From: a virus
Virus record (IMG/VR): IMGVR_UViG_3300045988_057840
Location: 1-38,956 of that record
Length of the DNA stretch: 38,956 nucleotides
Strand: one strand, 5' to 3'
Every line of letters begins with the position of its first letter. Position 1 is the first letter of the stretch. The notes under the pieces were generated by a model. That model ran no database searches. It was not told where the DNA came from and saw only the letters and a list, made by a program, of their open reading frames with translations. This document shows positions 9,611 to 17,341 of this stretch, one piece after another. The translations under genes and the position numbers were made by a program.

Positions 9611-12600
9611 TGGGCTTTTTATTTAATCGCGGTAAAAATACCACTAATCGAGCCAATATGATTGCTGATTTTCAAATCAACAGTGCTTCATATGGTGAGG
9701 TGGTGCCTGAAGTGTTAGGCACTACACGATTGAGTGGCAATATTATTTACTACGACGATTTTACACCTCATGAACATCGCAGTACGACGAGAACTGGTAA
9801 GGGTGGCGGTTCAAAGCATACAGAAATAACCTATACCTATACTGTTGCATGTGCTATTGGCTTATGTGAGGGTCCTATCGCTGGCATAGGGAAGGTTTGG
9901 CGTGACAAGGAGATATATACCTATCCGAGCGAAAAAATCGAACTGACGGCATATAATGGCGATTATGGACAAACTCCGTGGCCTTATGTTTTATCAAAGC
10001 ACCCTGAAAAGGCATTGCCTTATAGTGGCTTGGCATATATGGCTGGGGTGGTTGATTTAGGGGAAAGAGGGAGCCTACCTCAATTTAATTTTGAAATTAG
10101 AGGGAAGCTATTAGATACTGGCGACGGTATCGATGTAAACCCTGCCGATTATATTGTGCATGTGTTAAAGTCTATCGGCATTGACAATGTAAGCATAGAC
10201 GGATTAGACAATTATCGTGCATACTGCAAAGCAGCAGATATTCTAATTAGTACACCTCCGGACAGTAAAAGCTCAAAGGCTCAAACTGTAATTAATGATA
10301 TAGCCGAGATAACAAACAGCCTTGTCTTTTGGTCTACAGACCGTTTGAAAATTGTACCATTAGCCGATAAGCCTATTGGCGATTGGTCGCCATCTAATCA
10401 AATTCAATATAACTTAACGGCAGATGATCTTATTCCGGCTAGTGATGGACAACTTATTGTATATAAGCGAAAAGATAGCTCGGAAACATATAATCAGGCA
10501 ACAGTTGAGTTTATTAATCGTGCCAATAGCTACGAGAAAGAAACTGTATCATTCGAGGTGGTAGCAGACGTTCAAAAGAATGGCCTTAAACCAGCCTCTA
10601 AGAAGTCCGCTCATTATCTCTATACCAAGGCAAGGGCTCAATACTACGCTGAACAGCTGGCTATGAAACGGCTATATGCAAAGAATCAATATACATTCCA
10701 TCTCGACTGGGCGTTTTGCAGATTGGAACCGGGCGACCTAGTAACAATCACAGATGAGTTATGCGGATTGCGTGAGCAAATCGTTGTTATTACGTCCGTT
10801 TCCGAAGCTGCAGATGGACAACTAGAAATTACAGCAGAAGGTAAGCCTCCAGGAACGTATGCACCAGCAAAGTATAACGTTCATGAGAATGAACGTCCTT
10901 TTATTGATTATAATGTACCTGCTCCAAGTGTTAATGACGTGGCTATTATTCAACCCCCAGGTGATGTAGGCGGTAATGAATTATATATCGGTGTTAATTC
11001 AGAGCCTAACTGGGGTGGCTGTTCTATATGGTTATCCGACAATAACGAAAACTATAAACGAATTGGCAATATCTCACAACAGGCTCGAATGGGTAGGCTA
11101 AAAACAAACCTAATACAAGGAAGCAATACCGCTAATGTGATAATCAATCAAGGTGTATTAAAAGGTGGCAGTCATGTTGACGCTGAACGAGCCAACACTC
11201 TATGCTGGGTTGACGGTGAATGTCTATCTTATGAAACATCTCAATTGCAGCTTAATGGCGATTATGCTTTGGGTGGTATTATACGTGGCCAATATGGAAC
11301 TAATGATACAGCTCATAATGCTGGTGCTAGGTTTGTAAGAGTCGATGAGGCATTATATCATGCTCCGTACCGTAAAGAGGATATCGGAAAGCAGGTATAT
11401 TTTAAGTTTACGTCGTTTAACATGTATGGATCTAACGAACAAGGGTTAGATGAGGTGCAAGCATACCCATATACAATCACACCATACTATATTCCGGAAG
11501 TAAGCGATTTAGCATTATTTACTAAGTATTACGAAATTGGCGATGGTGTATTGTCATTTGATGTAGTGGCTGCATTTACTCAACCAACTATTAATACATT
11601 TGATACTGTCGAAGCATGGTATCGTGAAGGTACAAACGAATGGAAGTATGGCGGTAATGGTGATAATCAAATCGTTATTAGTGGTTGTGAATTAGGCCAT
11701 ACATATGAAGTGCGATTAAAGGTAAAGGACCGCCATGGAAATTACTCACAAGGCATTATCAAATCTGTATTAGTTGAGCTCAAATCAGAAGTGCCTAATA
11801 CTCCGCAAGGGCTGGGCGTTTCGTTTGGTGATGTTGCTACCTTTAATTGGTTAGAGGTGCGTAACGCTGATATTGATTTTTACGAGTTGCGATATGATCT
11901 GCACCCAGGTCAAGAGTATGGACTAATTGGTAAAAGCAATAATACTACTTTAAGCACTCTACTAACAGGACGGAGTGCAAAAGTATATTTATATGCTCAT
12001 AATCCTACAAAGGGATATAGCGCTCCGGCAGAATTGACATATAACGTACCTATTCCACCTAAACCATCTACTATCAAAATAGTTAGTTTGATTAATGGTA
12101 TCGGTATTACTACCGATAATATCAAGTTAGGTTGTAAAGGGGTTAATATTTACGTTGACGGCACTAGGTATTTTTTTACAACAAATGTAGCAACAATACC
12201 ATTGGAAAGCGGCGTTTATACAGTACAGGTTGCATTTGTTGATCTATTTGGAGAAGGTCCTAGAAGTGATGAGCAACTAGCGACAATCAAAGCTAAAATC
12301 GATAAGTCCCTACTAGATATGGAAAGCCTAGGCCTAGAGGGAATAGACAAAGCAGTAAATGACTTAAAGGGTGAAGTCGGCACAGTCAAGACCGCCGTCA
12401 ATGGTATGGGTAGCAAAATCATCGACCTTGGCAATGCATACCAGCGCACTTTGAGCGATTATCAAAATAACGTAAATTCACAAATCACGCAGATTTCAAG
12501 CGGTATTGATTTTAAAGTAACGCAAGCTATCAATAATATGGACGGCGCCGAACTGGTGAGCCGTATTAATTTGAGCCCAGCAGGTACACGCATAGACGGC

Positions 12601-12840
12601 AAAATATTGCATGTTACTGGCGAGGCATTGTTTGATAACAATATCATCGCTAAAGGAATGATACAGGCTGGGGCTGTTACTGCTGATAAAATGCAAGTTG
12701 ATAGCCTTTCGTCTATCACCGCAACAATCGGCACATTGCGAACTAAAACGAGTGGCGCAAGGGTTGAAATTAGCGATAATCTTATTGAAGTGTATGACGA
12801 TGACAATCAATTGCGAGTGAGGTTAGGCGTATGGGAATAA
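9610..12840 (+). CDS. Central tail fibre / host-specificity protein, gpJ-like
   Basis: 1076 aa. The N-terminus is typical of gpJ / GTA g15 tip proteins (FQINSASYGEVVPEVLGTTRLSGNIIY). FN3-like segments in the middle and a coiled C-terminal part. Confidence 0.85.
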   Translation: MGFLFNRGKNTTNRANMIADFQINSASYGEVVPEVLGTTRLSGNIIYYDDFTPHEHRSTTRTGKGGGSKHTEITYTYTVACAIGLCEGPIAGIGKVWRDKEIYTYPSEKIELTAYNGDYGQTPWPYVLSKHPEKALPYSGLAYMAGVVDLGERGSLPQFNFEIRGKLLDTGDGIDVNPADYIVHVLKSIGIDNVSIDGLDNYRAYCKAADILISTPPDSKSSKAQTVINDIAEITNSLVFWSTDRLKIVPLADKPIGDWSPSNQIQYNLTADDLIPASDGQLIVYKRKDSSETYNQATVEFINRANSYEKETVSFEVVADVQKNGLKPASKKSAHYLYTKARAQYYAEQLAMKRLYAKNQYTFHLDWAFCRLEPGDLVTITDELCGLREQIVVITSVSEAADGQLEITAEGKPPGTYAPAKYNVHENERPFIDYNVPAPSVNDVAIIQPPGDVGGNELYIGVNSEPNWGGCSIWLSDNNENYKRIGNISQQARMGRLKTNLIQGSNTANVIINQGVLKGGSHVDAERANTLCWVDGECLSYETSQLQLNGDYALGGIIRGQYGTNDTAHNAGARFVRVDEALYHAPYRKEDIGKQVYFKFTSFNMYGSNEQGLDEVQAYPYTITPYYIPEVSDLALFTKYYEIGDGVLSFDVVAAFTQPTINTFDTVEAWYREGTNEWKYGGNGDNQIVISGCELGHTYEVRLKVKDRHGNYSQGIIKSVLVELKSEVPNTPQGLGVSFGDVATFNWLEVRNADIDFYELRYDLHPGQEYGLIGKSNNTTLSTLLTGRSAKVYLYAHNPTKGYSAPAELTYNVPIPPKPSTIKIVSLINGIGITTDNIKLGCKGVNIYVDGTRYFFTTNVATIPLESGVYTVQVAFVDLFGEGPRSDEQLATIKAKIDKSLLDMESLGLEGIDKAVNDLKGEVGTVKTAVNGMGSKIIDLGNAYQRTLSDYQNNVNSQITQISSGIDFKVTQAINNMDGAELVSRINLSPAGTRIDGKILHVTGEALFDNNIIAKGMIQAGAVTADKMQVDSLSSITATIGTLRTKTSGARVEISDNLIEVYDDDNQLRVRLGVWE

Positions 12841-12896
12841 TTACATTTTTCAAGAAGTTATTTAAGCGATTATTTAAGCATGGGGGTGAAAATAAC

Positions 12897-13211
12897 ATGC
12901 CAGCTGGATTACAAGTATTTAATAAGAACGGCGTTCAAATTGTTAGCTTAACGGATAGACTTACAAAAGTATCTGGCGTTAAACGTTTTGACGTGATCGA
13001 GGAAAGCGGTAGCGCTACAGTCGAATTGAGCAAAGGTCAGCATATATGGTATTACTTAAATTCGTATGCAGGCGATAATGACGACATTTTGTATGGATTC
13101 GGGCCTAATTACAACATTGTTGTTGAGGGTGGTAAAATTTCGTGGAATTTAAAAGCACCTAATAACGTAAATAAACCTTGTAAAGTAGCATTAATCTATG
13201 GGGTGATGTAA
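12897..13211 (+). CDS. Hypothetical tail-tip-associated protein (104 aa)
   Basis: The ATG at 12897 follows GGGGGTGA. The 12831 start would overlap the gpJ-like gene. The N-terminus is MPAGLQVFNKNGVQIVSL. Confidence 0.55.
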   Translation: MPAGLQVFNKNGVQIVSLTDRLTKVSGVKRFDVIEESGSATVELSKGQHIWYYLNSYAGDNDDILYGFGPNYNIVVEGGKISWNLKAPNNVNKPCKVALIYGVM

Positions 13212-13212
13212 T

Positions 13213-14046
13213 ATGAAACATTTTGAAAGTCATAATAATGACAGCATAGTAACAATTAACGATACAGATAGTTGTTTGTACTTAAAATATAAAATTAGCC
13301 TCAAGGGCATGCCGATTAAACAGTCGATTGAAGTGGCACAAAATAAATATTACGGATACAATGGCGACGGAATTATATACGGCGTTCAGCGCACGCCAAA
13401 CGGTGATATATACCACGCTAATTTATACATTCCAATCTTACAGCGACAAGTCAACGAGCAATATGTATATGCTATGAGTACGAACATGCCTATCAAGGAC
13501 ATTGAACTTGCAGAAACAAGAAATAAGAACCACCCTACTCGCATCGGGAAATGGACGAATTACTTGCGAATCAGCTTTAAAATAGATAGCCTTGGAAACA
13601 TACGCAAGATTGCTGACACTATGGAAGTATATGTATTTTCTAACAAAATGCCTAAAACAGATAAATACGGCATGGAAATATACGATAAGAACGGCACTGT
13701 TATATTTAACAGCAATTTATTAACAATGCGGTTAGCATTAGTCATTCATAAGGATTATCCTGCTACATTCCTATCTAAGGAAGAATATGAAATAGGCAAA
13801 GTTAAATTTCATGGCATTAAAAAAGCTGGATTGAGTTTTGCTTACCCATTGGCAGCTATTAGCTCAGATAATGGCTACATGAGCCACAAAGTTAGCTGGG
13901 ACGGTGACGGTGTTGATGTTGTAACAACGTACGGCGGAAATGCTGGTGGCACTATTAGACAAAACTCAATCACAACAACCCAAGTATTGATCTGTGAACT
14001 AGACGGAACTCAAAATATTCCAGCTATTGAAATAATGATGATTTAA
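13213..14046 (+). CDS. Hypothetical distal tail protein (277 aa)
   Basis: Tightly packed + strand ORF, visibly AT-rich. It contains YGMEIYDKNGTVIFNSNLL, which resembles the N-terminus of the preceding protein. Confidence 0.55.
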   Translation: MKHFESHNNDSIVTINDTDSCLYLKYKISLKGMPIKQSIEVAQNKYYGYNGDGIIYGVQRTPNGDIYHANLYIPILQRQVNEQYVYAMSTNMPIKDIELAETRNKNHPTRIGKWTNYLRISFKIDSLGNIRKIADTMEVYVFSNKMPKTDKYGMEIYDKNGTVIFNSNLLTMRLALVIHKDYPATFLSKEEYEIGKVKFHGIKKAGLSFAYPLAAISSDNGYMSHKVSWDGDGVDVVTTYGGNAGGTIRQNSITTTQVLICELDGTQNIPAIEIMMI

Positions 14047-14059
14047 TAGCGAGGTACAT

Positions 14060-14380
14060 ATGAACTTTATCAGAAACGAGCCAGAAACATTACACATCGG
14101 CGCTGACTATCGTAGAGGGTACGAGGTCAGTGCCGATTTTGATTTAAGCAACTGCACGGCAATCATGAAAGTGCGGAGCGTGCAGGGCAAGCTATTGGCT
14201 GAGGCTGAATGTGTGGTTCATGAGAATATCGTTTACTGCACAATCACAGCCGAGGCAACTAAGACCATAGGCCGCAATTATAGGAGCGGTCAATATGATG
14301 TGTTCCTCATTCATGGGAACGATACCACTAAAATCGTAATGGGTGATATGAAATTCATTCATGATATTTCAGCACATTAG
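14060..14380 (+). CDS. Hypothetical protein (106 aa)
   Basis: GAGG SD. Position in the fibre module. Confidence 0.5.
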   Translation: MNFIRNEPETLHIGADYRRGYEVSADFDLSNCTAIMKVRSVQGKLLAEAECVVHENIVYCTITAEATKTIGRNYRSGQYDVFLIHGNDTTKIVMGDMKFIHDISAH

Positions 14381-14391
14381 GGGGTGCAATT

Positions 14392-15384
14392 ATGGAAGAT
14401 ACAAACAACTTTGAATATGTGGAAATTAAAGCAAAGGTTCCGAAAGTGATTGATATTGTTATTCCGGGGGCGCAAGGAGTACAAGGCGAGCAGGGAAAAC
14501 AAGGTCTAAAAGGCGACCCATTCCGATATGAGGATTTTACACCAGAGCAATTAGAGGCCTTGAAAGGCCCTAAAGGCGATAAGGGTGAGGACGGGCGAGA
14601 CGGCGCAAGTGCTACGGCCGATAATGCTCATCAGCTATTATTACAAGGCAATGTATGGTGCGAGAGTGCAAGCGTTGACGATGTACTCACAGCCATGATT
14701 GGAAACATTGGTAAGCCGTTCCCTCGGACTGAATTTAAGCCGTTGACTGTTCTTGGTGTTGTAAGAGGTCAGCGTGTTATTGGAATCAATGGCGAACCGC
14801 ACTACACCGTTAAAGTGGTAGGTAACGATACAGACGTATTCGGATTGAATGAGGCTGGCGTTGGTAACATTACAATCGAGCCACTAGGCGACGATGATGT
14901 GAAACTCACTTATCATAACTTTACAGGTGATAAAGTAGGCGATTATACAATCAAAGGCGTCCTTGATGATTCTGCTGTACAGCCTGACGAAACTTATGAG
15001 GATTTAGGCTCTAAATATTATAAGTATGGCCGTAAACTTGTAATTAATGTTACTAACCAACAAACAGATAGCGATTGGAATAGAAACAACTTCAACTTCC
15101 TTGGAAAATGGAAAGAACAGGACTTTGACTCTATTGAGATTGTAACGAACGGTAAAAAGTTACAATATATTTATTTAAGTTATAAAGGATTACCTCAAAT
15201 CCCTATTTTTATTAATAAACCAGCATTAATTATATTTAAACTTACATCTAGCCTTACAGGTAATATAAATATTAATATTGGTACTAAAGAACACGGCTTA
15301 AACAATGTTACTTACACACTTGATACTTTGGTATGGTCTGAATCTGACAATCGATACATTAGTACAGGTAATGCACCGTTATAA
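14392..15384 (+). CDS. Tail fibre / receptor-binding protein with collagen-like G-X-Y repeats
   Basis: GAQGVQGEQGKQGLKGDP and GPKGDKGEDGRDGAS triplet repeats near the N-terminus. The C-terminal third is AT-rich. Confidence 0.75.
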   Translation: MEDTNNFEYVEIKAKVPKVIDIVIPGAQGVQGEQGKQGLKGDPFRYEDFTPEQLEALKGPKGDKGEDGRDGASATADNAHQLLLQGNVWCESASVDDVLTAMIGNIGKPFPRTEFKPLTVLGVVRGQRVIGINGEPHYTVKVVGNDTDVFGLNEAGVGNITIEPLGDDDVKLTYHNFTGDKVGDYTIKGVLDDSAVQPDETYEDLGSKYYKYGRKLVINVTNQQTDSDWNRNNFNFLGKWKEQDFDSIEIVTNGKKLQYIYLSYKGLPQIPIFINKPALIIFKLTSSLTGNININIGTKEHGLNNVTYTLDTLVWSESDNRYISTGNAPL

Positions 15385-15408
15385 TAATTTAAGTTAAAGG
15401 GAGAACGT

Positions 15409-15939
15409 ATGCAAGAATTAACTAATTTCATGAGCGAGGCTTGGCGGACGTTGACGGATTCGTTCATTCTAAAAGCCTTGCTTGCCGTCATCGCTGATGT
15501 AGCGATATATATGATTGGCTTAAAACATGTGCAGGTGCTAGGGATATTTATATTACTGGTATTCCTAGACCTCATTACAAAATGGGCGGCTATATCGTAT
15601 CAAATGCTTGTAGATATGGGGGCGAATGCTGACAATCTAACCGCATTAGATAAATATATAGCGATTCCAGCCGCATGGGGTAAGGGGCTTATATCCTCAA
15701 AGCATATGCGAAAGCCTTTCGTTACAAAAGTTTTAACATATTGCCTTGCTACTGGCGCCGCATGGTGCTTTGACTATATGGCAGGTCAATACGCTTTCGC
15801 CGTCAATATTACATGGCTATATCTGGGCTCAGTAGAATTACTGAGTATTCTCGAGAATATGCGAGACGGCGGAAATACTACCATATCTGGCTTGCTTGAC
15901 GTGGTTCATGCAAGAGTGGATATGATTTTGAAAAAATAA
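15409..15939 (+). CDS. Holin (Phage_holin_4_1-like, about four TM segments)
   Basis: Multiple hydrophobic helices. FLDLITKW and VELLSILEN motifs are typical of this holin family. Lies immediately upstream of the endolysin. Confidence 0.75.
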   Translation: MQELTNFMSEAWRTLTDSFILKALLAVIADVAIYMIGLKHVQVLGIFILLVFLDLITKWAAISYQMLVDMGANADNLTALDKYIAIPAAWGKGLISSKHMRKPFVTKVLTYCLATGAAWCFDYMAGQYAFAVNITWLYLGSVELLSILENMRDGGNTTISGLLDVVHARVDMILKK

Positions 15940-15954
15940 TATAGTGTTGTTTGT

Positions 15955-15990
15955 GCCACGCTCACGATATATGGGCGTGGCTTTTATATT
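15955..15990 (+). terminator. Hairpin with T-run between holin and endolysin
   Basis: GCCACGC (15955..15961) pairs with GCGTGGC (15975..15981), followed by ttttatatt. Confidence 0.45.
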
Positions 15991-16011
15991 GTAGAAACAG
16001 AGGTGCATACA

Positions 16012-16401
16012 ATGAAAATTGGTACATATTTTGATGATTATGAGTTCGCTTGTAATTGTAACAGACATGAAGTCGATGAGACTGGACACAATAAGTTAGA
16101 CCATATCATCGACAAGCGTTTAGTGGATTTATTAGACGCAATTCGTGAACGTTTAGGGGTTCCGTTATATATCAATAGTGGCTACCGTTGCCCTGAACAT
16201 AATGCAGAAGTAGGCGGTGTGTCTAATTCTCAACATGTATTAGGGACGGCAGCCGATATCACCTATGACGGCATTGATGTTGATTACCTTGCACAAGTTG
16301 CCGAGGAATGTGGGGCGGATGGAATTGGCAAATACTATCACCAAGACTTCGTACATGTTGATGTACGAGGGTATGCAGCACGTTGGAATGATCTCGACTA
16401 A
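16012..16401 (+). CDS. Endolysin, peptidase M15 (zinc D-Ala-D-Ala carboxypeptidase-like) family
   Basis: SGYRCPEHN, SQHVLGTAAD and FVHVD make up the H/D/H zinc motif set. The ATG at 16012 is 6 nt after AGAGGTG. Confidence 0.85.
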   Translation: MKIGTYFDDYEFACNCNRHEVDETGHNKLDHIIDKRLVDLLDAIRERLGVPLYINSGYRCPEHNAEVGGVSNSQHVLGTAADITYDGIDVDYLAQVAEECGADGIGKYYHQDFVHVDVRGYAARWNDLD

Positions 16402-16415
16402 ATAAGGGGGCATAT

Positions 16416-16865
16416 ATGTATGCGACATTCAAAAAGTACTTCGATGCGGTTAAATCTCAGATTACTATTAAGCGGTTTATTATTGCTTGTGGTTGTGTGT
16501 TGCTCCTCATTGGTGCATGCCAACTCATTGACGGCTACTTCACCGCAAGAGGAAACTATCAACGTGCCATTGACAAGTTGGAACGAACTCAAAGGGAACT
16601 TGATACAAGCAGACGCATCAATCAAGAGCTCAAACTTGTCATTGAACAAGGCTCAGAGCTTAACCGTCAAGCAAGCGACCGAATTGAACGAATTGAAGAT
16701 TATCAACGAAGAACGGAGCAAGGAATTGACCGAGCTCAAAGCTATCAACAAGAAACAGGAGCAAGAGTTAGCGAAAGCATCGGAGCTAACAACCAAGCAA
16801 GCGAACTCATTGGACGCAGCTTACGCATCATCGAACGAGTTGAAAGCGGAAATAAAGAACAATAA
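16416..16865 (+). CDS. i-spanin-like protein (N-terminal TM segment plus coiled coil), frame A of a dual-frame locus
   Basis: FIIACGCVLLLIGACQLI is followed by an R/E/Q-rich helical region. The SD AGGGGG lies 5 nt upstream. Third codon positions have very little G, like other genes in the window. Confidence 0.5.
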   Translation: MYATFKKYFDAVKSQITIKRFIIACGCVLLLIGACQLIDGYFTARGNYQRAIDKLERTQRELDTSRRINQELKLVIEQGSELNRQASDRIERIEDYQRRTEQGIDRAQSYQQETGARVSESIGANNQASELIGRSLRIIERVESGNKEQ

Positions 16866-16953
16866 ACGAACAGAACAAAGGTTACGACGACAACGTGATA
16901 CATGGGCGATTAGTAATGCTGCATTATTCCTTGCAGGTGTGTTGCGTAGATAG
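16420..16953 (+). CDS. Alternative-frame ORF with u-spanin-like topology (signal/lipobox-like N-terminus, coiled coil, C-terminal TM segment)
   Basis: MRLNLRLLLSGLLLLVVVCCSSLVHA at the N-terminus, ELNELK/ELTELK heptads in the middle, and WAISNAALFLAGVLRR at the C-terminus. It shares the SD with frame A (9-nt spacing). Confidence 0.4.
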   Translation: MRHSKSTSMRLNLRLLLSGLLLLVVVCCSSLVHANSLTATSPQEETINVPLTSWNELKGNLIQADASIKSSNLSLNKAQSLTVKQATELNELKIINEERSKELTELKAINKKQEQELAKASELTTKQANSLDAAYASSNELKAEIKNNKRTEQRLRRQRDTWAISNAALFLAGVLRR

Positions 16954-17022
16954 ACGGAGGTGATCCAATATCTCCTTACTGCATAAAGGTGGATATGCAG
17001 ACAACTTTTGTTAGTTACATAT

Positions 17023-17060
17023 AGGGCACTTACTATAACAGTAAGTGCCCTTATTTTTTT
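17023..17060 (+). terminator. Intrinsic terminator ending the late/lysis operon
   Basis: An 11-bp stem, AGGGCACTTAC pairing with GTAAGTGCCCT, followed by ttattttttt. Confidence 0.8.
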
Positions 17061-17066
17061 GGTAAT

Positions 17067-17086
17067 TTTGACATCGTTTTGACATC
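17067..17086 (+). repeat. Two TTTGACATC direct repeats, 11 bp apart (candidate integrase arm-type sites, P arm)
   Basis: TTTGACATC at 17067..17075 and 17078..17086. Confidence 0.55.
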
Positions 17087-17180
17087 AATTTATATTAAAA
17101 TATACTGAAATATATAATTATATATGTAGTGTAAAATCTGATTAATACTGAATTCCTTGATTTTATAAATGTGTATTAAA

Positions 17181-17247
17181 TGCCACGCCATCTTGAGGGG
17201 GTGGTGAGCGTACGCTCGTGAGGGTTCAAGTCCCTCCAACCGCACCA
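17181..17247 (+). other. attP core: 3' about 67 nt of a tRNA-Leu(GAG) gene, from the D-arm 3' side to the CCA end
   Basis: Anticodon stem CCATC/GGTGG with loop TTGAGGG. Long variable arm GAGC-GTAC-GCTC. T-arm GAGGG-TTCAAGT-CCCTC. Acceptor 3' strand CAACCGC plus ACCA. No matching 5' acceptor strand lies upstream. Confidence 0.75.
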
Positions 17248-17259
17248 AGCTGATTAAAT

Positions 17260-17299
17260 AAGGGCTTACAGGTAATTCTGTAAGCCCTTATTTTTGTTT
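17260..17299 (+). terminator. Intrinsic terminator immediately after the tRNA fragment
   Basis: AAGGGCTTACAG pairs with CTGTAAGCCCTT, followed by atttttgttt. Confidence 0.75.
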
Positions 17300-17341
17300 G
17301 ACATCATAAAGTCTTGCGTGGTTTGACATCATTTTGACATC
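17297..17341 (+). repeat. Three further TTTGACATC direct repeats (candidate arm-type sites, P' arm)
   Basis: TTTGACATC at 17297..17305, 17322..17330 and 17333..17341. The last two are 11 bp apart, and the last overlaps the integrase stop codon. Confidence 0.55.

Noticed and set aside
12831-12896. Upstream extended starts offered by the ORF track (12831, 2745, 4492, 16003, 23118, 23431, 24014, 28028, 20539, 37171)
   Set aside because: In each case an internal ATG with a well-spaced SD gives a product starting at the conserved N-terminus and removes a long overlap with the upstream gene. I used the internal starts.
17181-17247. Possible complete tRNA gene
   Set aside because: No 5' acceptor strand complementary to CAACCGC lies upstream, and the D-arm 5' half is missing. 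It is a 3' fragment, annotated as the attP core.
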